NCBI GenBank assembly: GCA_963706575.1
Contig: CAVPNL010000004.1
Span: forward strand, 64,001-128,000
Direction of reading: 5' to 3'
Length of the DNA: 64,000 bases
Source of the DNA: an uncultured delta proteobacterium
Lineage (GTDB): Bacteria > Desulfobacterota > Desulfobacteria > Desulfobacterales > JAHEIW01
Below, piece by piece: positions 9,373 through 18,895 of the stretch. Both the position numbers and the translations under genes were made by a program. The stretch's first letter is position 1; each line of letters opens with the position of its first letter. The notes beneath the pieces were generated by a model. It saw only the letters and a program-made list of their open reading frames with translations. It searched no databases and was not told the DNA's origin.

Positions 9373-10108
9373 ATTGCTTAGGGCCGAACAACTGGATCTT
9401 CTTCGGTTTGTCAGCAGGAGGCGTCGCCGTGTTGGCCGCGGTTGCTGTCGGTTTTTTGGCCGATTTGACAGCCGATATCTGATCCGATCGGGCGACCATC
9501 GACTTGCGGGTTTTTAACAAGCTCGCAGGAATATATATTTCGTCGCCGACCAGCAAAAAATTCGGATCAATGTCCGGATTGGCTTTGGCAATGGCCTTAC
9601 GGTTTTCCGCATTCCCGGTGTACCACTGGGCGATGGCGCTAAATTTTTCGCCCGATCGGGTCACCGTATGCGCAAAATACCCCGGAAGGGTTTTGGAGAC
9701 CACTTTGCGGGGCAACGGTTTTTTGGTTTTCATCATTTGCGGCGGAATGTTGATGATATCTCCAACCGCAATTCGATTCGGATTGAGGCCTGGATTTGCC
9801 TGGGCAATCGCTTTCCAGTTCGCATAGCTCCCCGTATACCATCCTGCAATCAAGGACAGCGTCTCTCCGGGCCATTTTACCCGGTGCTCAAAATAATTAA
9901 TTCGCTGAGGCTCAATGGCTGTTTCCTCATCTTCGGAAGGTGAAAATTTGGAACCCACCGCCTGCCATTTTTCTTTAAGCCAGTTTTTAGAAGCCGCGTA
10001 TTTTTGGTTGGCAGTCGTTTCTTTAGTGCCGGCACAGCCAAACAGCATCACCATGATCACCCCGCCAATGATGCAATTTCGAACCCGGTTTCTGACTAAA
10101 AACTCCAT
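9371..10108 (-). CDS. Lipoprotein with two LysM domains
   Basis: Lipobox LFGC; two H.V...GE.LS.IA.WY.G....W.AIA.ANP.....I.VGD.I.IP repeats. Confidence 0.85.
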   Translation of the reverse strand: MEFLVRNRVRNCIIGGVIMVMLFGCAGTKETTANQKYAASKNWLKEKWQAVGSKFSPSEDEETAIEPQRINYFEHRVKWPGETLSLIAGWYTGSYANWKAIAQANPGLNPNRIAVGDIINIPPQMMKTKKPLPRKVVSKTLPGYFAHTVTRSGEKFSAIAQWYTGNAENRKAIAKANPDIDPNFLLVGDEIYIPASLLKTRKSMVARSDQISAVKSAKKPTATAANTATPPADKPKKIQLFGPKQ

Positions 10109-10113
10109 GGGAT

Positions 10114-11916
10114 TTACTCCTTTTGTCTCGTTATTTGATTTAAATAGGCCACGGCTGGCGCATTGTCAGGATTGATTTCAATAGCCCGTTTGAGGCTCTT
10201 TAAGCATTGGCGGCGTTCGCCCAGCAGCTCCTGAACCATGGCAAGATTAAAAAGGGCTTCATCCAGAAAAGCAGGCTCCATTTGGACCACCCGCGCATAC
10301 ATCTCCTTGGCCCTGGTATAATTTTCAGTGACCGCATAAATATATCCAAGGTTAAAAAAGGCATTCGGCAGCTGGGGTTCGAGCTCGGCGACCTTCTGAT
10401 AAGTATCGAGGGCCTGCGGATAATTGTTATCACGCAGGTAAATGAACCCGAGTTTGGACAGTACCGGCAAGCTGGTGGGCTTTATATCCAGTGCCTTGAG
10501 CAACAAGCCCTTCGCAAATTCCTTATCCGTTGAGATCATCTCTTCGGCCAGACCCCGCAATGCTTCGACGTAGGCATCTGATAATCCATTGATGGCGGAT
10601 TTATCATCGGCTAAAACCGTTTCAAATAACGCCACTGCTGAAGAAAATTGTCTGGCTTCAAGCGCGTCACGGGCGGCTTTAAGTTGGTCAGCAATCGTAT
10701 CGACATGCGGTGGCGTCAATTCAATCGAATAGGCCGCAACGGATCGGTCTGATGGTGTAAACGGCAGTTCGGCCAGACTGAGATTAAACACAAGACCAAT
10801 GAGGGCCATAGCGGCCAGCGGCATAAAACGCCAGATGTTGCGCCGAAGTAACTTCCATTTTCCGGGAGCGGCAAGAAAAACGGTGCTTCCGTATGTTCCC
10901 TCAGCGTCAGGTGTCAGGCTGCCCGGATCGGATCGCTCATCACCGTAAACCTGTGTTTTTTCCCATAATGCGGTTTCTTCTACGGCCAATTCTTCCTTAA
11001 AAAATTCTTTGACAAAATTGGCAAAACTTCTGCCGTTCGTCCGGACAGACAGCTCAAAAATGCATTCTTCCAGATCGGCGAGCATTTCCCCGCAGGTTTG
11101 ATAGCGCTGATCGGGATCCTTTGCCAGGGCCCCTTCCACAACCTCATGAATTTTTGCGGGAAGATCCGGCAACAGCTTGTCCAGCGGTTCATATTGGGCT
11201 TTACGCACCTTGGAATAAACCTGCATGGTTTCACCTTCGAACATTCGCCGTCCGGCCAGAAGTTCATAAAATATAATCCCGGTTGAAAAAATGTCGGACC
11301 GGTGATCAATGGTTTTGCCGGTGGCCTGCTCCGGTGACATATAGGCCAGTTTGCCTTTGATCAAACCCTCGTGAGTGGTGCTGTTGTGGCTGGCGGCCTT
11401 GGCGATGCCGAAATCAATAATTTTCACCTGACCTTCATAGGTCAAAAAAATATTTTGAGGATTGATATCACGATGGATGATATTTAGCGGCTTGCCCTGC
11501 AGGTCTTTTAAATTGTGCGAATAATCAAGCCCGGCACAGATACGCGAAATGATATAAAGGGTATTTTCCAGGCCCAGGGGCATGGCGGTTTTTCTGGCCT
11601 TACGGGTCAGCTTGCGCAGGTCCTTGCCAAAAAGGTATTCCATGGCGATAAAGTATTCGTCATCGATGCTGCCGAAATCGTAAATCTGGACAATGTTTTC
11701 ATGCTGAAGCAGTGCCGCAAGCTTGGCCTCATCAATAAAGGCCTTCACCAGGTTGCCCTGATCGGTGAGGTGCGGCAATATCTTTTTTATGGCGACCTGT
11801 TTTTCAAAACCATGCGCCCGGGTGACCTTGGAACGATACAGTTCGGCCATACCGCCCACAGCAATTTTCTGCAGCAGCTGATATTTACCGAATTTTTTAT
11901 GCTCGAAGTCTTTCAT
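10114..11916 (-). CDS. Hanks-type Ser/Thr protein kinase with TM helix and C-terminal TPR repeats
   Basis: GGMAELY, VAIKK, HRDINPQN, DFGIAK, YMSPEQ, SDIFS; hydrophobic segment; AFFNLG-type TPRs. Confidence 0.92.
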   Translation of the reverse strand: MKDFEHKKFGKYQLLQKIAVGGMAELYRSKVTRAHGFEKQVAIKKILPHLTDQGNLVKAFIDEAKLAALLQHENIVQIYDFGSIDDEYFIAMEYLFGKDLRKLTRKARKTAMPLGLENTLYIISRICAGLDYSHNLKDLQGKPLNIIHRDINPQNIFLTYEGQVKIIDFGIAKAASHNSTTHEGLIKGKLAYMSPEQATGKTIDHRSDIFSTGIIFYELLAGRRMFEGETMQVYSKVRKAQYEPLDKLLPDLPAKIHEVVEGALAKDPDQRYQTCGEMLADLEECIFELSVRTNGRSFANFVKEFFKEELAVEETALWEKTQVYGDERSDPGSLTPDAEGTYGSTVFLAAPGKWKLLRRNIWRFMPLAAMALIGLVFNLSLAELPFTPSDRSVAAYSIELTPPHVDTIADQLKAARDALEARQFSSAVALFETVLADDKSAINGLSDAYVEALRGLAEEMISTDKEFAKGLLLKALDIKPTSLPVLSKLGFIYLRDNNYPQALDTYQKVAELEPQLPNAFFNLGYIYAVTENYTRAKEMYARVVQMEPAFLDEALFNLAMVQELLGERRQCLKSLKRAIEINPDNAPAVAYLNQITRQKE

Positions 11917-12037
11917 TGGCTAGTTGATATATCGGCAATTCGGGGAGGATACTTGAGAATGGATTTTTGAATAATGACGCGAATTTGGATAAGCCAGGCA
12001 GGCTTGGACGACTGAATGTTGAAATAGAACTAATTAT

Positions 12038-12122
12038 CCACAGATTACGCAGATTGCACAGGTTAAAAAAGAGATATTTATGATGTTGATCAATAATCTG
12101 TGTGAATCTGTGTAATCTGCGG
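12038..12122. repeat. Inverted 9-mer tandem array (CAGATTACG type)
   Basis: CCACAGATTACGCAGATTGCACA ... TGTGTGAATCTGTGTAATCTGCGG; same family at 29154-29237. Confidence 0.8.
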
Positions 12123-12153
12123 CAGTATTGTTATTTTGCATCTCGGCACGAAT

Positions 12154-12238
12154 TCGTGGCTGGCCTGCGACGAGCTCAGCCGAGTCGAAGCCACTCCCAC
12201 ATTTCATTTTCAGCAGTGGGATCCCGATCAGCAGGAGA
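12154..12238. repeat. REPIN whose REP carries a 24-bp internal insert
   Basis: Reverse complement reads GTGGGAGTGGCTTC[GACTCGGCTGAGCTCGTCGCAGGC]CAGCCACGA; partner GTGGGATCCCGATCAGCAGGAGA at 12216-12238. Confidence 0.75.
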
Positions 12239-12307
12239 TATGATCTGGTATTTTGCGCCAGATTCCAACAGCGCCCTCGGACAGGAAGCATTGTTTTTAG
12301 GCCATTT

Positions 12308-13834
12308 TTAGATTTTGTAGAGCAAATCGATATATCTCTCCAGCAGATTGCCCACAACGCTGCGGACCGGCAGATTGGCTGCCAAGCCGTAAATGGGTGC
12401 CATGCGGCTGTCAGCGTCCGGATGATTGCGGACCATGTCGACGCCGGCTTTTAAATCGTCGATAAATCGTTCGGCCACACCGGGCTGGGTGTGTCTCAGC
12501 GTTACGCAAAGATGCACACAAGAGGGATGGTGCAGACCGTTAAGGCTCCATTTTCTGGATGTCAGATAATCCATCACCCGGTAGATATCCAGTGTTTTGG
12601 AACCAAAAGCGATGACCCACAGCGGATCGCCCAATATGTGAAGATCGGAAATATCTTGAATTCCCTTTTTGATTTTTGAGGCGGTTTCAAGTATTTTCCG
12701 ACTGGCCGTCAGGTAACCGCTTTTTCCGGTTTTGACCATGGCCGCCCAGCAAGCGGCACTCAGGGCACCGGGACGACTGCCCGCAAAGGTCGGCGAAAAA
12801 TAAAGCCCTCCGGGCCAATCGGTTGATGTAAAATACTGATAACGTCTCAGTTCCGGGCCCCGATACAAAATCACAGAGGTCCCTTTGGCCGCATATCCAT
12901 ATTTATGCGTATCTGCCGAAATTGACGTCACCCCGGGCAGTCTGAAATCAAATAGCGGCACTTCATAGCCGAGCTTTTCCGCCCAGGGCAAAACAAAACC
13001 GCCTAGGCAGGCATCGGTGTGAAACCCAATTCCCTTTTCTCTGGCCACCTCGGACAGCGCCTCAATCGGATCCACCATCCCGTGGGGAAACGAAGGCGCC
13101 GATCCGACCAATACAACAGAATTGCGAGTGACCGCATTGCGGGCTGCTGCTACATCCGCCCGGTAATCGGCGTCCACCGGTATGCGTTTGATTTTGATCT
13201 TGAAGTATTCCGCTGCCTTATCAAAGGCGGCATGGGCGGTGATCGGAAGGATCATCTCGGGCCGTGTGATCTTTTTTTGGTCCCGGGCCCAATCCCGGTA
13301 AGTTTTCATTGCCAGCAGAATACTTTCGGTTCCTCCCGACGACACTACCCCGCAGACTTTCTGATCCTTACCCGATTCGGCTGCAGCCGTATCGGCCCCC
13401 AGCATTTTGGCCGTCATGGACACAATTTCAGATTCGTATTTGGCACTGCTGGGCCACAGATCGGAGTGCAGGGGATTGCTCTGGGAATTCAGCGCGTAGA
13501 TCTGATTTAAAAACTGGATGTGGGCCTCATCACCGTGGTATACAGCACCGGAGGCGTATCCTTCTTTCCATTTGGCCTGCTCCAGATCAGACAGGGCCTG
13601 CATGTCTTTGAGGATATCGGATTGATCGCAGCCGATATCCGGTAATTCGGCCCAGGTGTCAAAATGGCCCCGGTAGGGTTTGACGACCCCTTCGAGCTCA
13701 TTGATGAGGGTTTCAAATTCTTTCTCAACCTTTTGTTTCACGGCAGGTATATGTTTGATGCGATTGTAGAACCAGGTCGCCATTCGGGGGTTGATTTTAC
13801 CAAGAAAACTTTCGCTAATTTTCTGAATATCCAT
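12308..13834 (-). CDS. PLP-dependent sphingosine-1-phosphate lyase-like enzyme
   Basis: [44 protein letters not shown] (PLP Lys), WPGGLY.SPT.AGSRPG. Confidence 0.85.
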   Translation of the reverse strand: MDIQKISESFLGKINPRMATWFYNRIKHIPAVKQKVEKEFETLINELEGVVKPYRGHFDTWAELPDIGCDQSDILKDMQALSDLEQAKWKEGYASGAVYHGDEAHIQFLNQIYALNSQSNPLHSDLWPSSAKYESEIVSMTAKMLGADTAAAESGKDQKVCGVVSSGGTESILLAMKTYRDWARDQKKITRPEMILPITAHAAFDKAAEYFKIKIKRIPVDADYRADVAAARNAVTRNSVVLVGSAPSFPHGMVDPIEALSEVAREKGIGFHTDACLGGFVLPWAEKLGYEVPLFDFRLPGVTSISADTHKYGYAAKGTSVILYRGPELRRYQYFTSTDWPGGLYFSPTFAGSRPGALSAACWAAMVKTGKSGYLTASRKILETASKIKKGIQDISDLHILGDPLWVIAFGSKTLDIYRVMDYLTSRKWSLNGLHHPSCVHLCVTLRHTQPGVAERFIDDLKAGVDMVRNHPDADSRMAPIYGLAANLPVRSVVGNLLERYIDLLYKI

Positions 13835-13883
13835 TCATCCTCCCCAACTCCATCCCACCCTGTTGCTCAAATGGTGAGCAATT

Positions 13884-14027
13884 AGAACCTATCTCAAAAA
13901 TAGGATTTTGGTCCAAGATCTCGGCGGGGCCTAGTTTTTAACCGGAGGCATACTGCTGTATGTCGAGGATTAGAAACGCGGAACCAACAAAGATATTGGG
14001 CCAAAAGACATTTTTGAGATGGGTTCT
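13884..14027. mobile_element. MITE (144 bp)
   Basis: TIR AGAACCTATCTCAAAAAT / ATTTTTGAGATGGGTTCT (17/18); extended dyad symmetry; central GAGGCATAC-TGCT-GTATGTC hairpin. Confidence 0.8.
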
Positions 14028-14032
14028 GGCCG

Positions 14033-15625
14033 TCAGGTACGGTTGAGCCGTTTGAAAATCGGTTTGTTGCGTTTATAAAGCGTTAGAAATTGGCGGTATA
14101 ACCGATCATAGAGGTTGCGGTTTTTCGGATCCGGTTGATAGGTTCGCGCAATTTCAACATGATCGGCAATGTCATCGACCGACAGGTAACCCATTGAAAT
14201 GGAGGCCAGAAACGCGGCACCGCGTAAATTGGCCTGGATGGGATCTTTGACCTGCTTGATGGTGCGATCGAAAACATCTGCAAAAATTTGACACCAGACA
14301 TTGGAATTGGCACCCCCACCGATAAAATGGATGGGGTCCAGTCGTCGTTTAATGAACTTTTCCAGGTACCCCAGCAACCACCTTGAATTATACGCCACGC
14401 CTTCGAAAATCGCTCTGATTAGATGCTCACGGGTCGTGCTTAACGAAAGATTAAAAATACCCGAACGAACCGAATCGTTTTCGACGGGCGTGCGCTCACC
14501 ATAAAGCCAGGGCATAAAAATCACGTTGTTGCTCCCGGCCGGCGTATTTTCTGCAATCTCATCAAAAATCTTGTAAACATCCGGCAGACTGGACTCCACC
14601 AGCAGGCGATCTTTATGATACAAAATATTGTCTCTTAAGAAGGTCAGGCAGGCACCCGCGGTTTCCTGCTCATTGGCGATAAAATAACGCTCCGGAATCG
14701 CCGAAGGCAGCGCCGCCATATTGTGAAACAGATCGGTTTTTTTAAATGGCACGTGGCAGGTGATCCAGGAGGATGTCCCCACGTAAAGATGCCCCTCGAA
14801 ATCTCTGACAGCGCCGGAGCCGACGGCGGCACCGGGGAGATCCGGTGTGCCGGTTATCACGGGAGTGTTTTCAGCGAGTCCCAATTCTTGGGCGACTTCT
14901 TTTTTTAGCGGGCCCAGTATGTCAACCGCACGCCTAAGATCGGGGAATTTATCGCGGGGAACGCCACAGAGTCGAAGGAGCCGGTCATCGTAGTCAACTT
15001 TGGCCAGGTTGCGATTATCGGTTATCCAGTGGAGGGCAATTGAATCGAAGGAGGCGGCGAATTTGCCGGTGAATTTCAGATTAATATAATCCTTGGGCTC
15101 CAGGAATTTGTAGGTCTGCTGATAGCGTTCAGGGTGTTCGTGTTTTAAAAAGAGGATATGGGCAATCGGGTCCTTGCCGGCGTGACCAGGCACACCGCCG
15201 GTTAAACTCAACCAACGTCTCAGTTTATGGATGCCGTAACCCGCGATATTGATCAAGCCGCTTGTGGTTTTTTCAATGTATCGGCTGCCGCGGGTATCCA
15301 TCCATATGATAGCATTGGTCAGGGCATTGCCGTCTCGATCGACTGCCACAGTTCCGGACCATTGGGTGGTGCAGCTTACGCACACAATATCTTTGGCTGC
15401 CACCCTTTTTTTGTTGAGAACCCGTTTAACGGTGTTGATGATGGCCTGCCACCACTGATCCGGATCTTGCTCGGCGCCGCCATTCGGCAGGATAAGCAGA
15501 TCGATGCTTTCAAATTCATAATCAACTACCTCACCGCGAGTGGAAACCAGTGCTGATTTTGGCCCGGAGGTTCCCAGGTCAATGGCCAGAATATATTTAT
15601 CAGTAGCGGCTTTCTTTTTACCCAA
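14033..15625 (-). CDS. FGGY-family carbohydrate kinase (xylulokinase-like)
   Basis: AIDLGTSG.K, EQDP..WW, IIWMDTR, GTS, GERTP, RAIFEGVA, GGGA.S.VWCQI.ADV. Confidence 0.92.
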   Translation of the reverse strand: MGKKKAATDKYILAIDLGTSGPKSALVSTRGEVVDYEFESIDLLILPNGGAEQDPDQWWQAIINTVKRVLNKKRVAAKDIVCVSCTTQWSGTVAVDRDGNALTNAIIWMDTRGSRYIEKTTSGLINIAGYGIHKLRRWLSLTGGVPGHAGKDPIAHILFLKHEHPERYQQTYKFLEPKDYINLKFTGKFAASFDSIALHWITDNRNLAKVDYDDRLLRLCGVPRDKFPDLRRAVDILGPLKKEVAQELGLAENTPVITGTPDLPGAAVGSGAVRDFEGHLYVGTSSWITCHVPFKKTDLFHNMAALPSAIPERYFIANEQETAGACLTFLRDNILYHKDRLLVESSLPDVYKIFDEIAENTPAGSNNVIFMPWLYGERTPVENDSVRSGIFNLSLSTTREHLIRAIFEGVAYNSRWLLGYLEKFIKRRLDPIHFIGGGANSNVWCQIFADVFDRTIKQVKDPIQANLRGAAFLASISMGYLSVDDIADHVEIARTYQPDPKNRNLYDRLYRQFLTLYKRNKPIFKRLNRT

Positions 15626-15690
15626 TTGATTTTCAACCCGATGTTAAGCGATCCCGTTATAAAGCTTAAAGAATTAAGGTCCGCTCTATT

Positions 15691-15812
15691 TGGAATATTG
15701 GAATGATGGAGTAATGGAAAGATGGGTTCCGGGACAATGGAAGAATGTTTTAATAGAATGAGAAACAGAGAGCATCCTTATAACATCAACATTCCACTAT
15801 TCCATTATTCCA
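15691..15812. repeat. Inverted 8-mer tandem array (TGGAATRN type)
   Basis: TGGAATAT TGGAATGA TGGAGTAA TGGAAAGA ... ACATTCCA CTATTCCA TTATTCCA. Confidence 0.75.
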
Positions 15813-15895
15813 TTTCCGCAATAAATTCGAAAGCCTTGAAGAAGTGCGAATTCTCGTCAAACGGTATAAATTACGCAACGGCAATCCAGAAGGAT

Positions 15896-17239
15896 TTACC
15901 TGCCTACCGCTCGAGCCGGCCGTTCGCTGAAATCGGCATTCTCCTTGAGCTTCTCCTTGCGCACACGGTTGAATTTTTCGGCTACGGCTGTAAAAGCATT
16001 AACGATCTCCGGATCGAAGTGTTTGCCCTTTAACGCTATGATCATATCCCTGGCTTTACCGTGGGAATAAGCATTTTTGTAAAATCGCTTGGTCGTCAGC
16101 GCATCATAAACATCTGCCAATGCAATGATACGGGCAGACAAAGGGATGGCTTCTCCTTTTAGTCCCCTCGGATAGCCGGACCCATCCCATTTTTCATGAT
16201 GGTTGTAGGCAATTTCTTTTCCCATCGCCAAAAAGGATTTTCCCTCGATCTGCGATTCGATGGCCTGTAGCGCATTACCACCCATTAAGGTGTGGCGTTT
16301 GATGATTTCAAACTCTTTTTCTGTGAGCTCTCCGGGCTTTAGCAATAACGCATCCGGTGTACCGACTTTTCCAATATCGTGCAAAATCGAAGACTGGTAA
16401 ATGTCGTCAATGTATTGCTGATCGATGAGGCCTTTAAATTTGTAGCTCTTTGCCAGTTGCACCGTAAGGATTCTGGCATACTCCCGGATTCTTTCAAGGT
16501 GTGTGCCGGTCCCTTCATCTCTGTATTCGGCAAGCTTGGCAAGACCCAGGATTGTTGCGGCTCGCGCTTCCTGTACTTTGCGGTAAGATTCCAATAAATC
16601 CATTTCCATTTTTTTCTTTTCGGTCCGGTCGCGCAGTACCCCGCGATATCCGGTTGGCTGGCCTTTTGAATCCCGCAGCAGGGACGCCGACGCTTCGATA
16701 TGCCGGATGTTGCCATCGATATTAAATTCACAGTCAAAGGCTTTAGCCGGCTCGCCGGTGCGCCGGCATTCCGAAAAAATTTCATATATCCTTCCGCCAT
16801 TCTCATCGTCCATAAAATCCCAAAAATTCATAAACCTTAAATCAACCTTGGAGACGCCTAAAATTTTGCTCAACGAATCATTTACAAAGATGAAATAGCC
16901 CTCAAAATCGACCTCATAGTAACCTTCTTCAATGCTTTCCAGAATGGTTCGGTATTTTTCCTCGCTTTCTTTTAAAGCTTCCAGCGCTTTTTTGCGTTCA
17001 TTAATGGTAAACTGGACGTGGGAGCCAAACATCAGGAACAGACAAAATACAATTAGGCGCGGCCAGACCTCGCTGATATTCGGCCCGAATATTTCTTGAT
17101 AGAAACTGATTTCTTCCGGAGAAAAAACGTTTAGCAGGGACTCCAGGGCCCAGTATAAAGCCCCCAGAAAGATTCCGGTCAGGACCATATAATCGGCCAT
17201 ATCAACCCGGTTTTGGAAAAGTTTTTTGAATTTATTCAT
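15896..17239 (-). CDS. Membrane-anchored PAS + HD-GYP c-di-GMP phosphodiesterase
   Basis: Two TM helices, PAS domain, LHDIGK and HHEKWDGSGYP motifs; start uncertain (17239 or 17254). Confidence 0.9.
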   Translation of the reverse strand: MNKFKKLFQNRVDMADYMVLTGIFLGALYWALESLLNVFSPEEISFYQEIFGPNISEVWPRLIVFCLFLMFGSHVQFTINERKKALEALKESEEKYRTILESIEEGYYEVDFEGYFIFVNDSLSKILGVSKVDLRFMNFWDFMDDENGGRIYEIFSECRRTGEPAKAFDCEFNIDGNIRHIEASASLLRDSKGQPTGYRGVLRDRTEKKKMEMDLLESYRKVQEARAATILGLAKLAEYRDEGTGTHLERIREYARILTVQLAKSYKFKGLIDQQYIDDIYQSSILHDIGKVGTPDALLLKPGELTEKEFEIIKRHTLMGGNALQAIESQIEGKSFLAMGKEIAYNHHEKWDGSGYPRGLKGEAIPLSARIIALADVYDALTTKRFYKNAYSHGKARDMIIALKGKHFDPEIVNAFTAVAEKFNRVRKEKLKENADFSERPARAVGR

Positions 17240-17420
17240 GGAGTCGCTTCCCAAAGAAACGAAATCTTTAATAACGGCTGCAAAAACGAGAAGTTGTTTC
17301 CAAGGATATTTTTGAAATGGCTTCTACAAAAGTTGACGGTTTGGGCACTATTTGATAAAATTTTAGCATCAGACAATAGCGGCGTGGCCATGTTTTTAAC
17401 TGAATAAATAAGGTAATATA

Positions 17421-17705
17421 ATGAATTCAAGAATTAAGCAATACATTCTGATTGCGGTTCTCGCGGTGGCTGCATATTTCATGATGAGTAATCATTTCAT
17501 ATTTTACGGAACCAACCTCCATCTGTTAAAGAAACCGACACTCCACCTGCACTACACCTTTTTCAGCATTAAAGAGAAAAGGCCCAGAAGTGTCATGAAA
17601 ATCGATTATCTGCGGGAAGCCGGTATCGGTGACTTGCTCGTGGAATTGGGAATGATTAATCAACAGCAAAGAGCGGACCTGGAAAGCGAATATTCCTACG
17701 AGTAA
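17421..17705 (+). CDS. Hypothetical membrane-anchored protein
   Basis: 94-aa ORF, N-terminal hydrophobic helix, AAGGT RBS. Confidence 0.65.
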   Translation: MNSRIKQYILIAVLAVAAYFMMSNHFIFYGTNLHLLKKPTLHLHYTFFSIKEKRPRSVMKIDYLREAGIGDLLVELGMINQQQRADLESEYSYE

Positions 17706-18835
17706 CTGGTTTGGTTTAGCGTGTTGGCAAAAACAACCAGCAATCCGCTCATTTGGGGCGACATTTCTTCAAATCGAATACCCAGTGCCATGGTCCGCTG
17801 CTCCTCCTGATAAACTTCATGGCTCCAGACAATCGATCCCAGCACATTGACGGTTATCGCCTCTGATGGCATTGAAATTTCAATTTTTGCGTTTTTTATA
17901 TTTTTATATATTGTAGGCACATTGGCATACTTGGCATCCAGCTCAATACACATCCCATCGACGGAAATATCTCTGGACTTGCCATCGAGTATGAGTCCGT
18001 AATAGCCGGCTGTGCCCGGCCATATTTTCAGATTCATCTTAACCGGCAGTTTATGTCGATTGGCCTTGCGAACTGCGCGCAGCGCTTCCACTTCCTCTTT
18101 GTTCGAACGCACCTTGAACAAATCAATAATTCCCAATTCGATGCGGGTATGACGCTGGCACATTGGTATTAATTTTTCCAGGGAAATTCTGGCCAGTTCA
18201 GTCGGACTGGTAGATGCTGTGTGGCAATGCGACAGCGTGCTTTCATTTAACGGATAAATATGCCCGAAAAAATCGTTTTCAGATAAATAAACGGTTGATT
18301 TGCGATGATCCAAATCAGTTTTCTTTAAGGGTTCATATGTTGTCGCTTTGATATTGCCTGCAACTATAAAGTAAAGGGCATTTTCCTTATCACCGATTTT
18401 GTTAATCGTTTTGCCGCCCGGCAGACGCATCAACTCCATCGCATTCATTACGGTAACCAACTCTGCATGGGATAGGCACGCTAAAAACGCATTTGTTGGT
18501 ATTTCATGATACTTGCTCTGGTGGAGGACGTCCCAGAATTTTTGGGTTTCCGCATCAGTCGGCGGCTGGATCCGCCATTTTAAAACCTGACAGATGACAG
18601 CCTGCAATAATAACCCGGCCGCAGCGTAGAGCTCAGCCGCCTGATGGTAAGACTGCACGGCCGTCTCTGATAATTGCTTGCGCACCAAAAGGTCGGCGTA
18701 GGCCCGATGCAACGCCGGGTCATTTGGAAAGATCTGAAGCATACCTTGAAATTCTTTAACGGAATCAATGGTGATCGATCCGTCAACAATATGCTTGGCA
18801 ATACTGATTTGTTTGCTCAACTGACCTTTCATCAT
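17696..18835 (-). CDS. Cyclic-nucleotide-binding + PilZ domain protein
   Basis: GD....LYFIV.G ... L..NDFFG (cNMP-like); RKANR (RxxxR) and DISVDG (DxSxxG) PilZ motifs. Confidence 0.8.
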   Translation of the reverse strand: MMKGQLSKQISIAKHIVDGSITIDSVKEFQGMLQIFPNDPALHRAYADLLVRKQLSETAVQSYHQAAELYAAAGLLLQAVICQVLKWRIQPPTDAETQKFWDVLHQSKYHEIPTNAFLACLSHAELVTVMNAMELMRLPGGKTINKIGDKENALYFIVAGNIKATTYEPLKKTDLDHRKSTVYLSENDFFGHIYPLNESTLSHCHTASTSPTELARISLEKLIPMCQRHTRIELGIIDLFKVRSNKEEVEALRAVRKANRHKLPVKMNLKIWPGTAGYYGLILDGKSRDISVDGMCIELDAKYANVPTIYKNIKNAKIEISMPSEAITVNVLGSIVWSHEVYQEEQRTMALGIRFEEMSPQMSGLLVVFANTLNQTSYS

Positions 18836-18895
18836 TATTATATCTTATCGCAAATCCACTCCAAAGCGCAATCAACAAATTGATATAAAATCAAA

